In this document: positions 28,911 to 43,582 of the stretch, piece after piece
Layout of the letters: each line of letters begins with the position of its first letter
Numbering within the stretch: position 1 is the stretch's first letter
Assembly (NCBI GenBank): GCA_951406725.2
Contig: OX597826.1
Location: forward strand, 66,588,001 to 66,652,000
From: Octopus vulgaris
Lineage: Eukaryota
Direction of reading: 5' to 3'
DNA: 64,000 nt
The notes under the pieces: generated by a model
What the model was told of the DNA's origin: nothing
The model's input: only the letters and a program-made list of their open reading frames with translations
The model's database searches: none
Program-made: the position numbers and the translations under genes

Positions 28911-29324
28911 TATTTCTTTATTGTCCACAAGGAGCTAAACATAGAGGGGGCAAGCAAGGACAGATAAAAGGATTAAGTCGATTACATCGACCCCAGTGCG
29001 TAGATGGTACTTAATTTATCGACCCCGAAAGGATGAAAGGCAAAGTCGACCTGGGCGGAATTTGAACTCAGAACGTAGCGGCAGACGAAATACTTATTTC
29101 TTTACTACCTACAAGGGGCTAAACAGAGAGGAGACAAACAAGGACAGACACACGGATTAAGTCGATTATAACGACCCCAGTGCGTAACTGGTACTTATTT
29201 AATCGACTCCGAAAGGATGAAAGGCAAAATCGACCTCGGCGGAATTTGAACTCAGAACGTAGCGGCAGATGAAATACCGCTAAGCATTTTGCTCGGCGCG
29301 CAACGTTTCTGCCAGCTCGCCGCC
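28904..29324 (-). mobile_element. SINE family B, tandem
   Basis: Same two-unit structure as 13719-14132. Confidence 0.9.
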
Positions 29325-29329
29325 TTTAT

Positions 29330-29461
<132 letters not shown>

Positions 29462-30107
29462 CAATAATAATATATTTTCGAGTGTTTTGTATTTCTATTT
29501 AAATTTCCCCTTTTCATGATTATGCCATAATTTAAATTCTATTTAGAAGTAATACATGATGATGATGATGATGATGATTCTATGTATTTCCTTTGAAAAT
29601 TCAGTTTCTCTTAAAGGAAGTTATCCTAAACCCGTAGCCTAAGAATTTCCTTGAAGATTTGGCTGAAATTTGCTAATCTCTCTTCCCTTCTAACTTCTTC
29701 GCTTTTATTTCTTCCCTCTTTTTTCGTTTTCCCACCATTCTATCCCTTTTTTTTTCATCCTCAGCTCCCTCATTACTTCTACTTGACTCTATCATTTCCT
29801 TTCTTTTCATTTTTTTTGGCACCTCGTTACGTTTCTGTCTGTATCCCCTACTCCTTTTCTCTCTTCCTCTCTCTCTCTCTCTCTCCCCTCTCTCATATTT
29901 AAAGACAGAACGAAGAGGGGGCATAAAGAGAGAAAGTGAAAGAAAGAAAGAAAGAAAGAGAACAAGTGGGGGGACTGGAAACTGTCTTTTAATTACCTGA
30001 AAATATTTTATTATTCATTGAGACGTTCACGAATTCCTACGTTTGAAATTGCTCCAGTTATTTTCCATTGCGAGAAAAAAAATACGAAGTGGAGGTGTAG
30101 AAAACTA

Positions 30108-30146
<39 letters not shown>

Positions 30147-31454
30147 TACTAAAACTACTACTACTACTACTACTACCACCACTACTAAAACTACTACTAC
30201 TACTGGATGATGATAATGATGATGATGATAACAAAAATAAAAATGAATGAATAAACATAAAACGAAAATAAAAATCATTACGAAAAACAAATGCAAAAAT
30301 GATGAAGAACAAAAATGCAAAAAAAAAAAATTGAAGCAGACGATGTTAATAAACTACGAACAAATGAGAACAAACGAGAAAAGACGGGAAAGAAATGGCT
30401 AAAAATTTGCGAAAACAACGGGAATAAAGTGAAGAAGTGACAAATAAATATAGCAAAATAAGGGGAAAAGAGAAAGAAAAATGTAATAAAAACAAAGAAT
30501 AAATGAAGAAAAATGTAATAATATAAACGAAGGAAAACAGCATTTGTAAGAGAAAATCAAATATAAACAAGTGAAGAGAAAGAAGAGAATGAAGCATTCA
30601 AATAAAAAATAAATGTAAAAAGTAAGAGAAGAAGAAGAAGCTATATGAAAAAGATATGTTTATAAATTGAAGAAGAAACATGGGGCAATAGATGGAAAAT
30701 ATGAAATGAAAAAGAAAGAGGTTGGTAATGAATAAACATTAAGAGAAAAGAAAGAAAACGCAAGAACGCGAAGAAGAGGTAAAAGACGAATAAGAAGTAA
30801 TAAAAATGGCGAAGGAAAGTGAGAGAGAAACGTGAACTGAAGAAATATGCAGTCTAGACAAAGGTTACGAATGAGATTTGTGTTAAATAAAAGAATGAAC
30901 GGATATGAGAATGAAAATTAATGAAAATATGAGAATGAAAATTAAGACAAATTGAAGGTCAAATAACGTCGGATTGGTAGATTTGTCTCAGCCAAAGATA
31001 AAATTCGTTGAGATACTTATGGTTTCCTGCCTTTTGTGGGTCAAATCACACAGAATTAACTTTGCCTTTCATCCATTTTGCTCCTCTACAGTAAGTAGGA
31101 TAGACTGGCGGAATCAGTTCAGCATTGGATAAGAAGCTTTGTGACACTTGAGTTGCCTCTTTTCCTTTTGGGACCTTAGATGGCAGACAATATGTCGCCT
31201 AGTTTAACACATTCATCTGATCGTAAGGTACCTTTTGGGTGGTTAACTACTGGAAACATTTTGGCTAGAAGTGCGGTGTAGGTATACACTCTACCATTTC
31301 TCTCGCCAGTCTTTGACTCCTTAAGACTTAAAGGGTCAAGAGCGCTGCCTTTCTCCCATGATTAACACTTTACAAGTGTGCTGCGTATACGTATATTGCA
31401 TACATGTTTTCTCAACAAAAAATGAAGTACACAGCTATTGTATACAACTGAAAT

Positions 31455-31664
31455 ACTCTTTTACCCTTTCACTTGTTTCAGTCATTTGACCGCGGCCAGG
31501 CTGGAGCACCGCCTTTAGTCGAGCAAATCGACCCCAGGACTTATTCTTTGTAAGCCTAGTACTTATTTTATCGGACTCTTTTGCCGAACCGCAAAGTTAT
31601 GGGACGTAAACACACCAGCATTGGTTGTCAAGCGATGTTGAGGGCGACAAACACAGACACACAA

Positions 31665-31721
<57 letters not shown>

Positions 31722-31885
31722 CGACGGGCTTCTTTCAGTTTCCGTCTACCAAATCCACTCACAAGGCTTTGGTCGGCCCGAGGCTATAGTAGAAGTCACT
31801 TGCGCAAGTTGCTACGCAGTGGGACTGAACCCGGAACCATGTGGCTGGTAAGCAAGCTACTTACTACACAGCCACTCCTACGCCT
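31455..31885 (-). mobile_element. SINE family A, full length
   Basis: Matches the family A consensus. Confidence 0.92.
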
Positions 31886-32397
31886 ATACTATATGAATCT
31901 GAAAAAAAAACACATGTAACACACGGGACCGATTTACACATTTTCCCTTGACACTCAATGTATTAAGCGGTAGAAAACAAATAAATATAAAAAAAATTGA
32001 AGGGATTTTTTGTAACGGCTTTAGCCAGAGGAAAGTGAATTGTGCCCATGAGGTTCTCAGGCGCCTACTCTCGAGAATGGCCAAACTAAGTGGGCTGAGG
32101 TTCAGCTGAAACATCTGTAAGTTGACTGTGAGAAAAAAAAAACATGGTAGGTGGAAGAGTAAATAGCAAAGGGTTTACATGGGTGGGGGTGGGGGCGGAG
32201 CAGAAACATTGAACAGATGTCGAGAGGAAGGTATGTTGATGAGAAAATTGGCAAAAGTAAATGTGAAACGGAGAATAGTAAGAAAAAAAAGGTAATGAGA
32301 GGAATATGAAATAATAGAAAAGGATGAAGAAAATTTGGAGAAGGACTGAAAAGGAAAGAAAAGAAAACAAAAAGAACTAAAGAAAAAAATATATATA

Positions 32398-32803
32398 AGC
32401 GCAGGAGTGGCTGTGTGGTAAGTAGCTTGCTTACCAGCCACATGGTCCCGGGTTCAGCCCCACTGCGTGGCACCTTGGGCAAGTGTCTTCTACTCTAGCG
32501 CCGGGCCGACCAAAGCCTTGTGAGTGGATTTGGTAGACGGAAACTGAAAGAAGCCTGTCGTATATATGTGTATATATATATGCGTGTGTGTGTTTGTGTG
32601 TCTGTGTTTGTCCCCCTTGCATTGCTTGACAACCGATGCTGGTGTGTTTATGTCACCATTACTTAGCGGTTCGGCAAAAGAGACCGATAGAATAAGTACT
32701 GGGCTTACAAAAGAATAAGTCCCGGGGTCGAGTTGCTCGATTAAAGGCGGTGCTCCAGCATGGCCGCAGTCAAATGACTGAAACAAGTAAAAGAGTAAAG
32801 AGT
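32398..32803 (+). mobile_element. SINE family A, full length
   Basis: Matches the family A consensus; inverted relative to 31455-31885. Confidence 0.92.
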
Positions 32804-32849
32804 ATAAGGAATAAAGAAAAATTCAATCAATCAATGGTCCTTCCCAAGT

Positions 32850-33070
32850 CATTGGCTCATAAGGCCCCTTTCCCGGATTCTGTGGCGAATGCATCTCTCT
32901 CACCTGGACGCGATGTCGGTCCGTCGCCGGATTACTCATTTTTACCTGTCGAGTGAACTGCAGTAATAGGATTTGCTCAAGAACACAACGCATTACCCGG
33001 CCCAAGAATCGAAACCGTAATCTTACGATGAGGAATGCAATACCGTAACCACTAAGCCACGAATCTTCAC
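32850..33070 (-). mobile_element. SINE family C-related
   Basis: TTGCTCAAGAACACAACGC..AACCACTAAGCCACG..CTTCAC. Confidence 0.7.
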
Positions 33071-34102
33071 AAACTAAGGCAAAAAAAAAAAAAAAAATTA
33101 AGAAAAAGATAATGAACGAATGAAGACAGAAGACAAATGTAAAAAAAAACTATGTTAAGTAGAAATGTAAATGAGAAAACAATGAAGAAACAAATGGAAA
33201 AAATATACATTATTTTATCTTTTATTTTTTTCAGTCATTCGACTGAAGGGTTTTAGTAGAACAGACCGACCCCAGATCTTGCGATTTTCACTGTCTGGTA
33301 TTTATTCTATCGGTTCCTTTCGCCAAATCGCTAGATTACGGGGACATAACCATAGCAATACCGGTTGTCAAGCGGTGTGGGGGAGGTGATAAACACAGAC
33401 ACACAAGCACTATACACATGTATATACAACGGGCTTCACACACTTTACACGTGTGTTACAACGGGGTTCACACAGTTTACAGGTGTGTGTACACCGGGCT
33501 TCACACAGTTTCCATCTAGCAAATTCCCTTGGAAGTCATTGGTCTGCCTGGGGCTATAGTAGAAGACAGTGGCTTAAAACCCCTTGCTTACAAAATGCGC
33601 TACGTCTGCGCTTCAACATACCCACACATATGCACGCACACATACCCACACACTCACGCACACATACACATACACACTCACGCACACATACACACACACA
33701 TATATGCACAAAGATATACATATATGTATATAGATACATGTATGTGCATACATATTCATACGTTATATATATACACATATACATATATGTGTGTATGTGT
33801 AGATATTTACGTACAGATGAATATGAAGATTTATTGTGTTTGACGAAGAAAACGAAGAGAACGATGCAAAAAAATTGAAAGAAATTGAAAGAAACAGTAA
33901 TGAAAAATAAAGAAGAAGTGTGTAGCAGAAGACGGTGGTGGTGATGATGAAGAAAATATGTGGATGAAGATAACGAAAACTGACAAAGAAACAGCAGCAA
34001 GATGTTTTGAATTAATAATAAAGTGAAGAATAATGGCATACGACATTTGAAAATTTTCACATGACGTCAGACGACATTGCACGAAAACTGGTGTGTGCGC
34101 GC

Positions 34103-34137
<35 letters not shown>

Positions 34138-34272
34138 TATGTGTGTATGTATCTGTGTGTGTTTGTGTGTAAATAGAAACAGATAGATGGAAAAGTGGTT
34201 AGATACATATACATACAAACACACAAGTTTACAGAGAGATAGATGAATAGATTGATGAATAGATAGATAGAT

Positions 34273-34328
<56 letters not shown>

Positions 34329-34583
34329 ACATTGTAGCAGATACATAAATAGACATATAGTTAGACAGACTGGGAGCTAGATCTACATACAAATGTAAAG
34401 GAATATATACTTGCATTCAGAAACACACACAAATACGTACACATTACACACATTGACACACAAACACACACATATGTATATATATATGTATGTTTATACA
34501 AACATGTATGTATGTCGTTATGTGTATAAATATATATACATATATATATGCATATATGTACATATGTATATATATATATATAC

Positions 34584-34643
<60 letters not shown>

Positions 34644-35039
34644 TTGTGTTTGAATTTAGATCTATAAATTAAACGCGTGAATGCAAATTAGTGCATACAA
34701 GCGTGAAAGAAATGTACTCAATATGAGGGGTAGAGTAATAGCAATGTATGTATGTGTGTGTGAGTGTATGTATATATATATATATATGAATGTATGAGTG
34801 GGTATATATATAAGCATATATATACATACATACATTATATATATACATACATACATACATACATACATACATACATGCATATACATACTCACGCACACAC
34901 ACACATACATACAGAGGCACTAGTAAGTTAGCAAGTGTTATTTCGTACATGTAATTATATGAACAAAGAAATAAAGAAAATTCAATAAATTTAAAGCAGA
35001 AAATTGTTAAACCATTAGTCATAGAACCATCTTCCAATA

Positions 35040-35560
35040 TTCCGTTAATTTGAGTTTCATGCTTTTCTACTTAGACAACCCTTTAGGTTGGTCTTCGATG
35101 GGTTTACAACACTATTGGCTTGGGGTTTTCCTTCTGGTTTGTCCTGCGTACGAGATGGTATTCTACAGATCTCGAACTTACACGGTTATTTATGTCCAGT
35201 CTGGCTTAATAGCTTCGAGATTTTCGAAGCTATATTTGTTCTTATGACGACATATAGAGGCTCAATCTGATTTTCTATTTGAGATGTTTGTTGTTTTGGG
35301 GATGACCTACTTCTCACCATTTCCGATGCCACATTAATTTTTAAACGGATTGTACTTATTGCTGAAATTTGGTTTTGATAGTGTAATAGTAAAATTGCTA
35401 ATACCTTGTATGGATTCCTTATGACGCAGTATTTTTTCGTCTACATGAGTAAATATGGATTTATATTTTAAACATAGACTTTTAAAACAACCAAAACACA
35501 TTTCCCTGTACCACGATAAAGTAGGAACCCGAATTCACGTAAATTAGCGAATGGATATAG
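35040..35560 (-). mobile_element. Very decayed PLE N-terminal remnant
   Basis: Minus-strand peptides NLEA..RLDINNRV and VVNPSKTNL resemble PLE INxEAK..LDDRI and LINPAKSEI. Confidence 0.35.
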
Positions 35561-35860
35561 CTTATTATTTTGACAACGACGCTTATCTGTCTTGTTAACT
35601 ATGCTGACAGGTAATTATGGAGGGAATTCAAGTCCAGATTCTTGGGTGGTTTGATGTAGATACTACATGCAAATATGTGCTTTGTTTTAGGTAAGCAAAT
35701 ATAGTTTACCTGTAATATTCACCGGTTAAACAAAGCTTAAGAGGTTCATGATTCAGCGATCGTTGCGTAAAGTCGTGGTGATTGTTTTTCGATAAGGAAC
35801 ATCATTCTTCTAGATTCTGTGGAATGTGGTTGCACTATGATCAGCAAGTGGTATTTTGAA

Positions 35861-36283
35861 GGCGGCGAGCTAGCAGACTCGTTAGCGCGCCTGGCGAAAT
35901 GCTTAGCAGTATTTAGTCTGCCGTTACGTTCTGAGTTCAAATTCCGCCGAGGTCGACTTTGCCTTTCATCCTTTCGGGGTCGATTAAATAAGTACCAGTT
36001 ACGCACTGGGGTCGATGTAATCGACTTAATCCGTTTGTCTGTCCTTGTTTGTCCCCTCAGTGTTTAGCCCCTTGTGGGTAGTAAAGAAATAGGTATTTCG
36101 TCTGCCGCTACGTTCTGAGTTCAAATTCTGCCGAGGTCGACTTTGCCTTTCATCCTTTCGGGGTCGATTAAATAAGTACCAATTACGCACCGGGGTCGAT
36201 ATAATCGACTTAATCCGTTTGTCTGTCCTTGTTTGTCCCCTCTGTGTGTAGCCCCTTGTGGGTAGTAAAGAAATAGGTATTTC
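35861..36283 (+). mobile_element. SINE family B, tandem, with the start of a third unit
   Basis: Units start at 35909, 36093 and 36277 (184-bp period). Confidence 0.92.
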
Positions 36284-36383
36284 AAGATACTCAAAAAGCT
36301 TAGGGAAGTCTTTGGGAAGAAGAGACCCAGTAAAATTATGTAAACGATTTACATTTACTGTGGCAATAAACGACCACATACAT

Positions 36384-36644
36384 CAATGCTTCTCAACCCC
36401 CTCCCCTTTTTTTTAACCAATGAACCCATTTGAATCCCATTTTAATCAGCTGGACCCCTATTCCCATTTGATGTTTAAAAATATCTCATTATATTTTCAT
36501 GATTAAATATTAGGAATTGTACAAAAAAATTCTTAAAATATTTTGCGTTGTAGAAGTACATTCATTACATTGTACATAAAGTTTAACAACAAGCACTTAC
36601 ACTGGACCCCTAAGGGTCGTGTGGACCCTGGCTGAGAACCATTG
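36384..36644. mobile_element. hAT (Charlie-like) MITE
   Basis: TIRs CAATGCTTCTCAACC / GGCTGAGAACCATTG; degenerate 8-bp TSD ACATACAT / ACTCACAT. Confidence 0.7.
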
Positions 36645-38417
36645 ACTCACATCTTTGACGAGAAATCGGCAAATTACGCTGATCAGTGGTTTCCCTATCC
36701 GGATCTGGTACCCTTTGAATCACCCTGTTCGGTTCAATAAAGAACATTCTTCTGAGTCAACGATTGGATGATACAAACACAAACGGGGTGAAAGTAGCAG
36801 TGAAGAAATAGGTTCAGCAATGCACATTTGTATATCTTCAAAGACCATTCTAAAGTTGGGTTCGATGATGGTGCAAATGCGTCACTTGTAACCGAGAGTA
36901 TCTTCATTAAAACATTTGAATAAAAGAAGAGTTACTCCACCAACTTATGCAATTCGAGCAACCTAGGAAATTTGATACAAAATGTTATGTCCATTACTTT
37001 CGGTACAACCCTCGTATCAAAAAGGAGGAGGAGAACTTTAGAACATTGTAGAACCATGAAGGAACAACTATGATATTTTTAACCGATACGTACGCTGACA
37101 ATATATACAAAGATGAATGCTTAGTTATTGCTATGAATCGATGAAAAGTGATAGATTTATAAAATAATTCATGCCTAGATAGATAAATGATTGACAATAT
37201 AGTTAGGTAGATATAAATAGATTGGCTCATAGTTAGAGGAATAGATAGATACATTATTGACAGATCTATTGATATTTTATTTTAGATGGGTTGACTGATA
37301 GATAAATAAATAGATAAAATGATTGATTAATTCGTAGATAGACAAATAGATATGTAAAAAGTTAAGATTGACTTCTAACATAGATAATTTATAGACAGTT
37401 CGATTGAAAAAGCGAGTGGGAAAGAAGGAGAGACAGAAGGAGAGACAGTGTGTGCGCGCGGGTGAGTGCGTGTGTGTGAGTGGTGTGTATGTGTGTGTAT
37501 GTGTGTGTGTGTGTGTGAGTGTGTGTGTGTGTGTGAGAGAGAGAGGCAGAAGGTGAGAGAAAGCGGCAAAGAGAAGGCTGGAAGATAGAAAATCTGAAAG
37601 AGAGATGAAAACATGAGACGCATGACAGAGATGGAAAGATAAAAGTGAGACACGAGAAGGAGGAAAGAATGGTGGTAGGTACAAGGGAGAGCAAGGAAGA
37701 AAGGAAGGCAGAAAGAGGAGAAAAAAGAGAGAGTAAAATCAAATGCGAAAGCTAAAAAGAAGAGAGGATGGGGGAAAATCAATGCAGTAAGATTGTTTTG
37801 TAAATGTTAGAGCAGCGAATGGTTGAAATGTCAAGATACAAGTACAAAACATAAATAAAGAAGTTTTCTTGTGTGTCTTTTCACAAAACATGCAACATCC
37901 GGTCACATGTCAGGGGTTAAAGGGTGTAACAGTTACGTGATATTGTTGGAATAAAGGTCTCCACGTGATACAACCGATTTTTCCATTGCCTTCCATATCC
38001 CCGACCATTCCTAACAACTGCACTAAAATGCTAATAAACGATAACCCTAACCTCAGCCGCACAACGCCGTGTCGCAGATCATGACATGCTTCACGCATGC
38101 GTAACACGTTCTGTTGGCAAGATAAATTTTTCGCCTACATTCTTCTTCTTCTTCTTCTTCTTCTTCTTCTTCTTCTTCTTCTTCTTCTTCTTCTTCTTCT
38201 TCTTCTTCTTCTTCTTCTTCTTCTTCTTCTTCTTCTTCTTCTCCCTTCCTGCTCCTCCTCCTCTTCCCTTCTTCCTTCTTCTGTGATCTTGTTAGCACAT
38301 TGCCCCCACCGATATTGTGATAAAGGTCAGCATTTAGCAACAGGTTGGATTGTATTCCATGCAAGTTACATGCAACATGTATATAAACAGACACACATAT
38401 AAACGTTTGTATATATG

Positions 38418-38498
<81 letters not shown>

Positions 38499-38512
38499 AT
38501 ATAAATATATGC

Positions 38513-38548
<36 letters not shown>

Positions 38549-38591
38549 GTATATATTTATATAGGTATATATATATATATATATATATATA

Positions 38592-38887
38592 TGTGGCTGG
38601 GGCCTAGTGGTTAGGGCAGCGGACTCGCGGTCGCAGGATCGCGGTTTCGATTCCCAGACGGGGCGTTGTGAGTGTTTATTGAGCGAAAACACCTAAAGAG
38701 CTCCACTAGGCTCCGGCAGGGGGTGGTGATCCCTGCTGTACTCTTTCACCACTCTTTCTCTCACTCTTTCTTCTGTTGGCCTGCTCGCTTAGCCAGCGGG
38801 GTGACGTCATTCGAAGGCTAAAACAATGCGAACGCATTGTGACCAGCGATGTGTAACAAGATCTGATGGTCTGGTCGGTTACGTGAT

Positions 38888-38895
<8 letters not shown>
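38592..38895 (+). mobile_element. Young tRNA-derived SINE family D inserted in (TA)n
   Basis: A-box GGCCTAGTGG, B-box GTTTCGATTCCC, many intact CpGs, (CACGTGAT) tail. Confidence 0.8.
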
Positions 38896-38940
<45 letters not shown>

Positions 38941-39070
38941 TATACATATATACATATGTGTGTGTATATATATATACACACACATTCATATATAGATAAA
39001 AATGTATATGTATCTCTCTCTGTATATACATCGCACACACGCACGCACGCACGCACACGCACGCACACGC

Positions 39071-39101
<31 letters not shown>

Positions 39102-39332
39102 AATATGCTCATAAATGAAACGAAACTGAATTATGCTAAATAACTACGAGTGGCCACTGGCGTATCTAATCTCAAAATAAATTCATGAATTCTTGATTTA
39201 TTGAAATTACATCCGTTTCTAGAGAAGGTAGAACAATCATTTGGTGACCGTTTGGCAATTAGTGCCAAAGTCAAAATGAGACTACACCCCATCCCCCAAA
39301 CACACATACACACATATGCACATATAACATAT

Positions 39333-39551
39333 ACTCTTTTACTCTTTACTCTTTTACTTGTTTCAGTCATTTGACTGCGGCCATGCTGGAGCACCGCCTT
39401 TAATCGAGCAACTCGACCCCGGGACTTATTCTTTTTGTAAGCCCAGTACTTATTCTATCGGTCTCTTTTGCCGAACCGCTAAGTGACGGGAACGTAAACA
39501 CACCAGCATCGGTTGTCAGGCAATGCTAGGGGGACAAACACAGACACACAA

Positions 39552-39583
<32 letters not shown>

Positions 39584-40050
39584 TTATATACACCTATATA
39601 CGACAGGCTTCTTTCAGTTTCCCTCTACCAAATCCACTCACAAGGCTTTGGTCGGCCCGGAGCTATAGTAGAAGACACTTGCCCAAGGTGCCACGCAGTA
39701 GGACTGAACCCGGAACCATGTTGTTGGTAAACAAGCTACTTACCACACAGCCACTCCTGCATATATGTCTTTATCTTTTTTTCTTTAACTTGTTTCAATC
39801 ATTACACTGTGGCCATGCTTGGGCACTGCCTTGAAGAGTTTCTAGTCGGGCGAATCAACCTCAGTACTTATATTTTGAAAGTCTGGTACTTATTCTTTCA
39901 GTTCCCATCTATCAAAATTTACTCACAAGGCTTTGGTCGGCGCGAGGCCTTAGAAGAAGACACTTGCCAAAGGTATCATGTAGTGGGATTTAACCCAAAA
40001 CCATGTGGTTGGGAACCAGCAAGTTTCTTACCACACAATCAAACCCGCAC
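39333..40050 (-). mobile_element. Two adjacent SINE family A copies (young 39333-39760, older 39775-40050)
   Basis: Both match the family A consensus. Confidence 0.85.
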
Positions 40051-40153
<103 letters not shown>

Positions 40154-40299
40154 GATCGATCTATCTATCTATCTGTATTTCCATGTATGTATGCATGTAT
40201 GTGTGCATATGTGTGTGTGTGTGTGTTTATATAAGTTCTTTTTTTCAGAATGAGATAAAAAAACCAAGGCTGTGAAGAATTTAGAACATTTATAAATAG

Positions 40300-40348
40300 G
40301 TCTTACAGCTGTTTCCGGGATATTTTTTTATATCCCTTCATCGGAGAC
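40300..40348 (-). ncRNA. Minimal hammerhead motif (U4C core)
   Basis: GUCU-CCGAUGA-A-GGGAUAU..AUAUCCC-G-GAAAC-AGCU-GUA-AGAC; same family as 48667-48712. Confidence 0.75.
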
Positions 40349-40376
40349 GGTGTGAGAAGATTGTTAAGCAATAGTT

Positions 40377-40484
<108 letters not shown>

Positions 40485-41479
40485 GTACACACACGAGCAC
40501 ACATGATTTCAAACATTTCGAAGTCACTGTCAAGCTTTTCTTTCTGAAGAATAACATGAATGTGATACACCACTGCAATGCGTTGTTCGAACCTTCAGTT
40601 AACGTTCGACAGTTTTTACATACAACCAACGCAAAAACAAACAATATTCTATTTAGTTATGTGTGTGCGTGTGTATGTGTGTGCGCGCGTGTGTATACAT
40701 ACATACATTCATACATACATACACAAACACAAATATGCACTTATGCACTTATATGCATAAGTAGTATGTAAGTGGGTGTATGTGTATTATCTATGTATCT
40801 GCATATATGCACACATGCATACACGTGCACAATCACGTACACACAAACAAACACACATACATACACGCTTACACTCACACACACACATATATCTGTATGT
40901 ATATGTATATATATAGCAAATGAGCGAGCGAGAGAGAGGGGGAGGGAGAAAGAGAGAGAAATAAGAGAGAGTGTGGTGAAAGAGCGAGAGTAAATATTTA
41001 AAATACATCATCCGCATGAAAAATAACATGTAAGTTAACTTTTACATATTTAATGCATGAACCGTTAAAAAAGCTAACTAGAAATAAATATGGCGCAGAC
41101 AAAAGAAAAACACGTATTGTCAATAATAAATCTGCTAAACATATGTTACTACTAATTTAACTAATAGTTTTTCATGCAGATGGCGCCTCTGAATTATTTA
41201 TTCATTAAACAATTCTAATTTTTTTTATGGTAATAAATGTATAATGTTGTATAATTCCTTGGTGATTCAATTATCAATGCTTCGGCAAATATCGTGAAGT
41301 ATGGTAGAAGTTATATGTTGATGAAGAGGTTAGAGAGAGAGCGAAACATGTTCAGTTTTATCTTCATAAACAAATACACACATCAGGCACACATTCACAC
41401 ACATATATTTATGTACTTATATACATTCATATAGAAGCACATATGTGTGCGATTGTATTGGGAGGTTTGATACTCGTTG

Positions 41480-41509
<30 letters not shown>

Positions 41510-41514
<5 letters not shown>

Positions 41515-41717
41515 TAATCCAAACAAGAAAACACAAAAAAAAACACAAAAACGCGAGGACGTGGAACAAATATAGTATTATTGGACGCTCAGAAAAGAAG
41601 GGACGAAGGAGGGTTTAACGTTTCGAGCGGAGCTCTTCGTCGGAAACATAGGAGAAGGAAAGATCGAAGAAGGGAAGACAGAGGAAAAAAATCGCCAACG
41701 GTACACACGAGGTCACC
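41510..41717 (-). mobile_element. Family E hammerhead-bearing element
   Basis: GUUU-CCGACGA-A-GAGC-UCC-GCUC-GAAAC-GUU-AAAC (41613-41647); (TA)n on both sides. Confidence 0.75.
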
Positions 41718-41809
41718 ATATATATATATATATATATATATACAAGTAAAAACTACTCCATACTCTGTCTTATGTGATACAGCTTTAACTGAAACAGAAA
41801 TTACATGAT

Positions 41810-41961
41810 TTAGTTTCGAGAAATTAGGTTTCTCGAAGCCAGAAAGGAGAAAGCTGATTCGAAGACTACAGATTCAAGCTATCAGTGGAAGTGTAAAAAT
41901 CTGTAAACTTTATGCATGAAAATACATACATAAAGCAAAACATACAAATCTGTACGTATAC

Positions 41962-41992
<31 letters not shown>

Positions 41993-42006
41993 CATACATA
42001 CATACA

Positions 42007-42037
<31 letters not shown>

Positions 42038-42350
42038 CTACGGACAACTGCATCAAAACCTCCAGCTTCTATATCCAGACTATATGAATTCATATTCATA
42101 CCAATAAAAATTGGAGCGCTAGGTTTTGTTAGTAAATGCTTAAAGGAGAAAATGAATAAACTGGGATTTTCAGAAAGAGAAATTGACCGGCCAATTCGTA
42201 CATTACGAGTCCAATCTGTAAGTGGAACAGTAAAAATATGCAAGAATGTGAATTTGTCTAAGTTAACTACATTCCAAAGATGGAACCTTGTATCTTTGTT
42301 GGAAAACGGCTCACGCCTCAGTGGAAGATTTATAATAATTAAACAGTAGA
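41810..42350 (+). mobile_element. Two 5'-truncated 3' ends of R4/Dong-like LINEs separated by (CATA)n
   Basis: FEKLGFSKPERRKLIRRLQIQAISGSVKICK and FIPIKIGALGFVSKCL..LGFSEREI..SGTVKICK resemble the C-terminus of the restriction-like endonuclease region (IPxVIGALG). Confidence 0.75.
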
Positions 42351-42427
42351 AGAGACATACGCATGTGTTTTTGTGTGCGTGTCAATGTATGTATGTATGT
42401 ATGTATGTATGTATGTATGTATGTATG

Positions 42428-42458
<31 letters not shown>

Positions 42459-42685
42459 GGCGGCGAGCTGGCAGAAACGTTAGCACGCCGGGCGAAATGC
42501 GTAGCCGTATTTCGTCTGCCGTTACGTTCTGAGTTCAAATTCCGCCGAGGTCGACTTTGCCTTTCATCCTTTCGGGGTCGATAAATTAAGTACCAGTTAC
42601 GCACTGGGGTCGTTATAATCGACTTAATCCGTTTGTCTGTCCTTGTTTGTCCCCTCTCTATGTAGCCCCTTGTGGACAGTAAAAA
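42459..42685 (+). mobile_element. SINE family B, single unit, in (TATG)n
   Basis: Matches the family B consensus. Confidence 0.9.
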
Positions 42686-43211
42686 AATATATATGCATGT
42701 ATGTATGTATGTATGTATGTATGTATGTATGTATGTATGTATGTATGTATGTATGTATGTATCTATGTATGTATGTATGTATGTATGCATGTATGTATGT
42801 ATGTATGCATGTATGTATGTATGTATGTATGTATGTATGTATGTATGTATGTATGTATGTATGTATGTATGTATGTATGTGCATACATTCACACACAAAC
42901 ACGAATATTCTAGAGGGCAGCAAGTTACAAGAAGTTATGTCTAGCCACTTGAGATAAAAAAAAATCTCAAAAATAGAGTCTGAGAAATGGATAATCGTTT
43001 AATCCAAAATCGTTAGTTCGCCAGACTATATTTGAACGAATTAACGATTTTGGATTTAATGTATGAATATACGCATATACACACGCACACACACACATGT
43101 ATAAACACACACACAGACGCTCAAACACAGACACACGCACACACACATATATTCATACATATACGTATGTATGTGTGTGAGTGCCTGTGTATGCATATAT
43201 ATATATATATA

Positions 43212-43365
43212 GGCGCGGGAGTGGCTGTGTGGTAAGTTACTTACTTACCAACCATATGGTTCCGGGTTCAGTCCCACTGCATGGCACCTCGGGTAAATGT
43301 CTTCTACTATAGCTTCGGGCCCACCAAAACCTTGTGAAAAGATTTGATAGACGGAAACTGAAAAA
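43212..43365 (+). mobile_element. SINE family A, 5' half
   Basis: GGCGCGGGAGTGGCTGTGTGGTAAG head. Confidence 0.85.
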
Positions 43366-43371
43366 AGCCAG

Positions 43372-43538
43372 TACACATTCTGTATTTTCTCTCCTTGTTT
43401 CTTTCTGTGTTCCTTTCTGTTGAAGAGCGTAGGCTCGAAACGTTAAAGACCGTTTCACTTCCCGAGCGTTAAGCTAATAATCTGTTTGTTGTCTACACCA
43501 CCTGTCTTCGTCTTTTGTTTTTTTTTGTGAATTCTCCC
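43372..43538 (+). mobile_element. Family E hammerhead-bearing element
   Basis: CUUU-CUGUUGA-A-GAGC-GUAG-GCUC-GAAAC-GUU-AAAG (43413-43448). Confidence 0.75.

Positions 43539-43582
<44 letters not shown>

Noticed and set aside
30200-30960. Purine-rich stretch with hydrophobic minus-strand ORFs
   Set aside because: Low-complexity decayed A/G repeats.
35861-36283. CRISPR-like or satellite array
   Set aside because: The units are contiguous SINE bodies with no unique spacers, the context is eukaryotic, and no cas genes are present.
38592-38670. Possible tRNA gene
   Set aside because: It has A/B boxes but no proper acceptor stem, and it continues into a repeat body also seen at 5120-5305, so it is a SINE head.
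43001-43056. Short hairpin as a possible pre-miRNA
   Set aside because: No recognisable mature miRNA, and AT-rich hairpins are common in this window.
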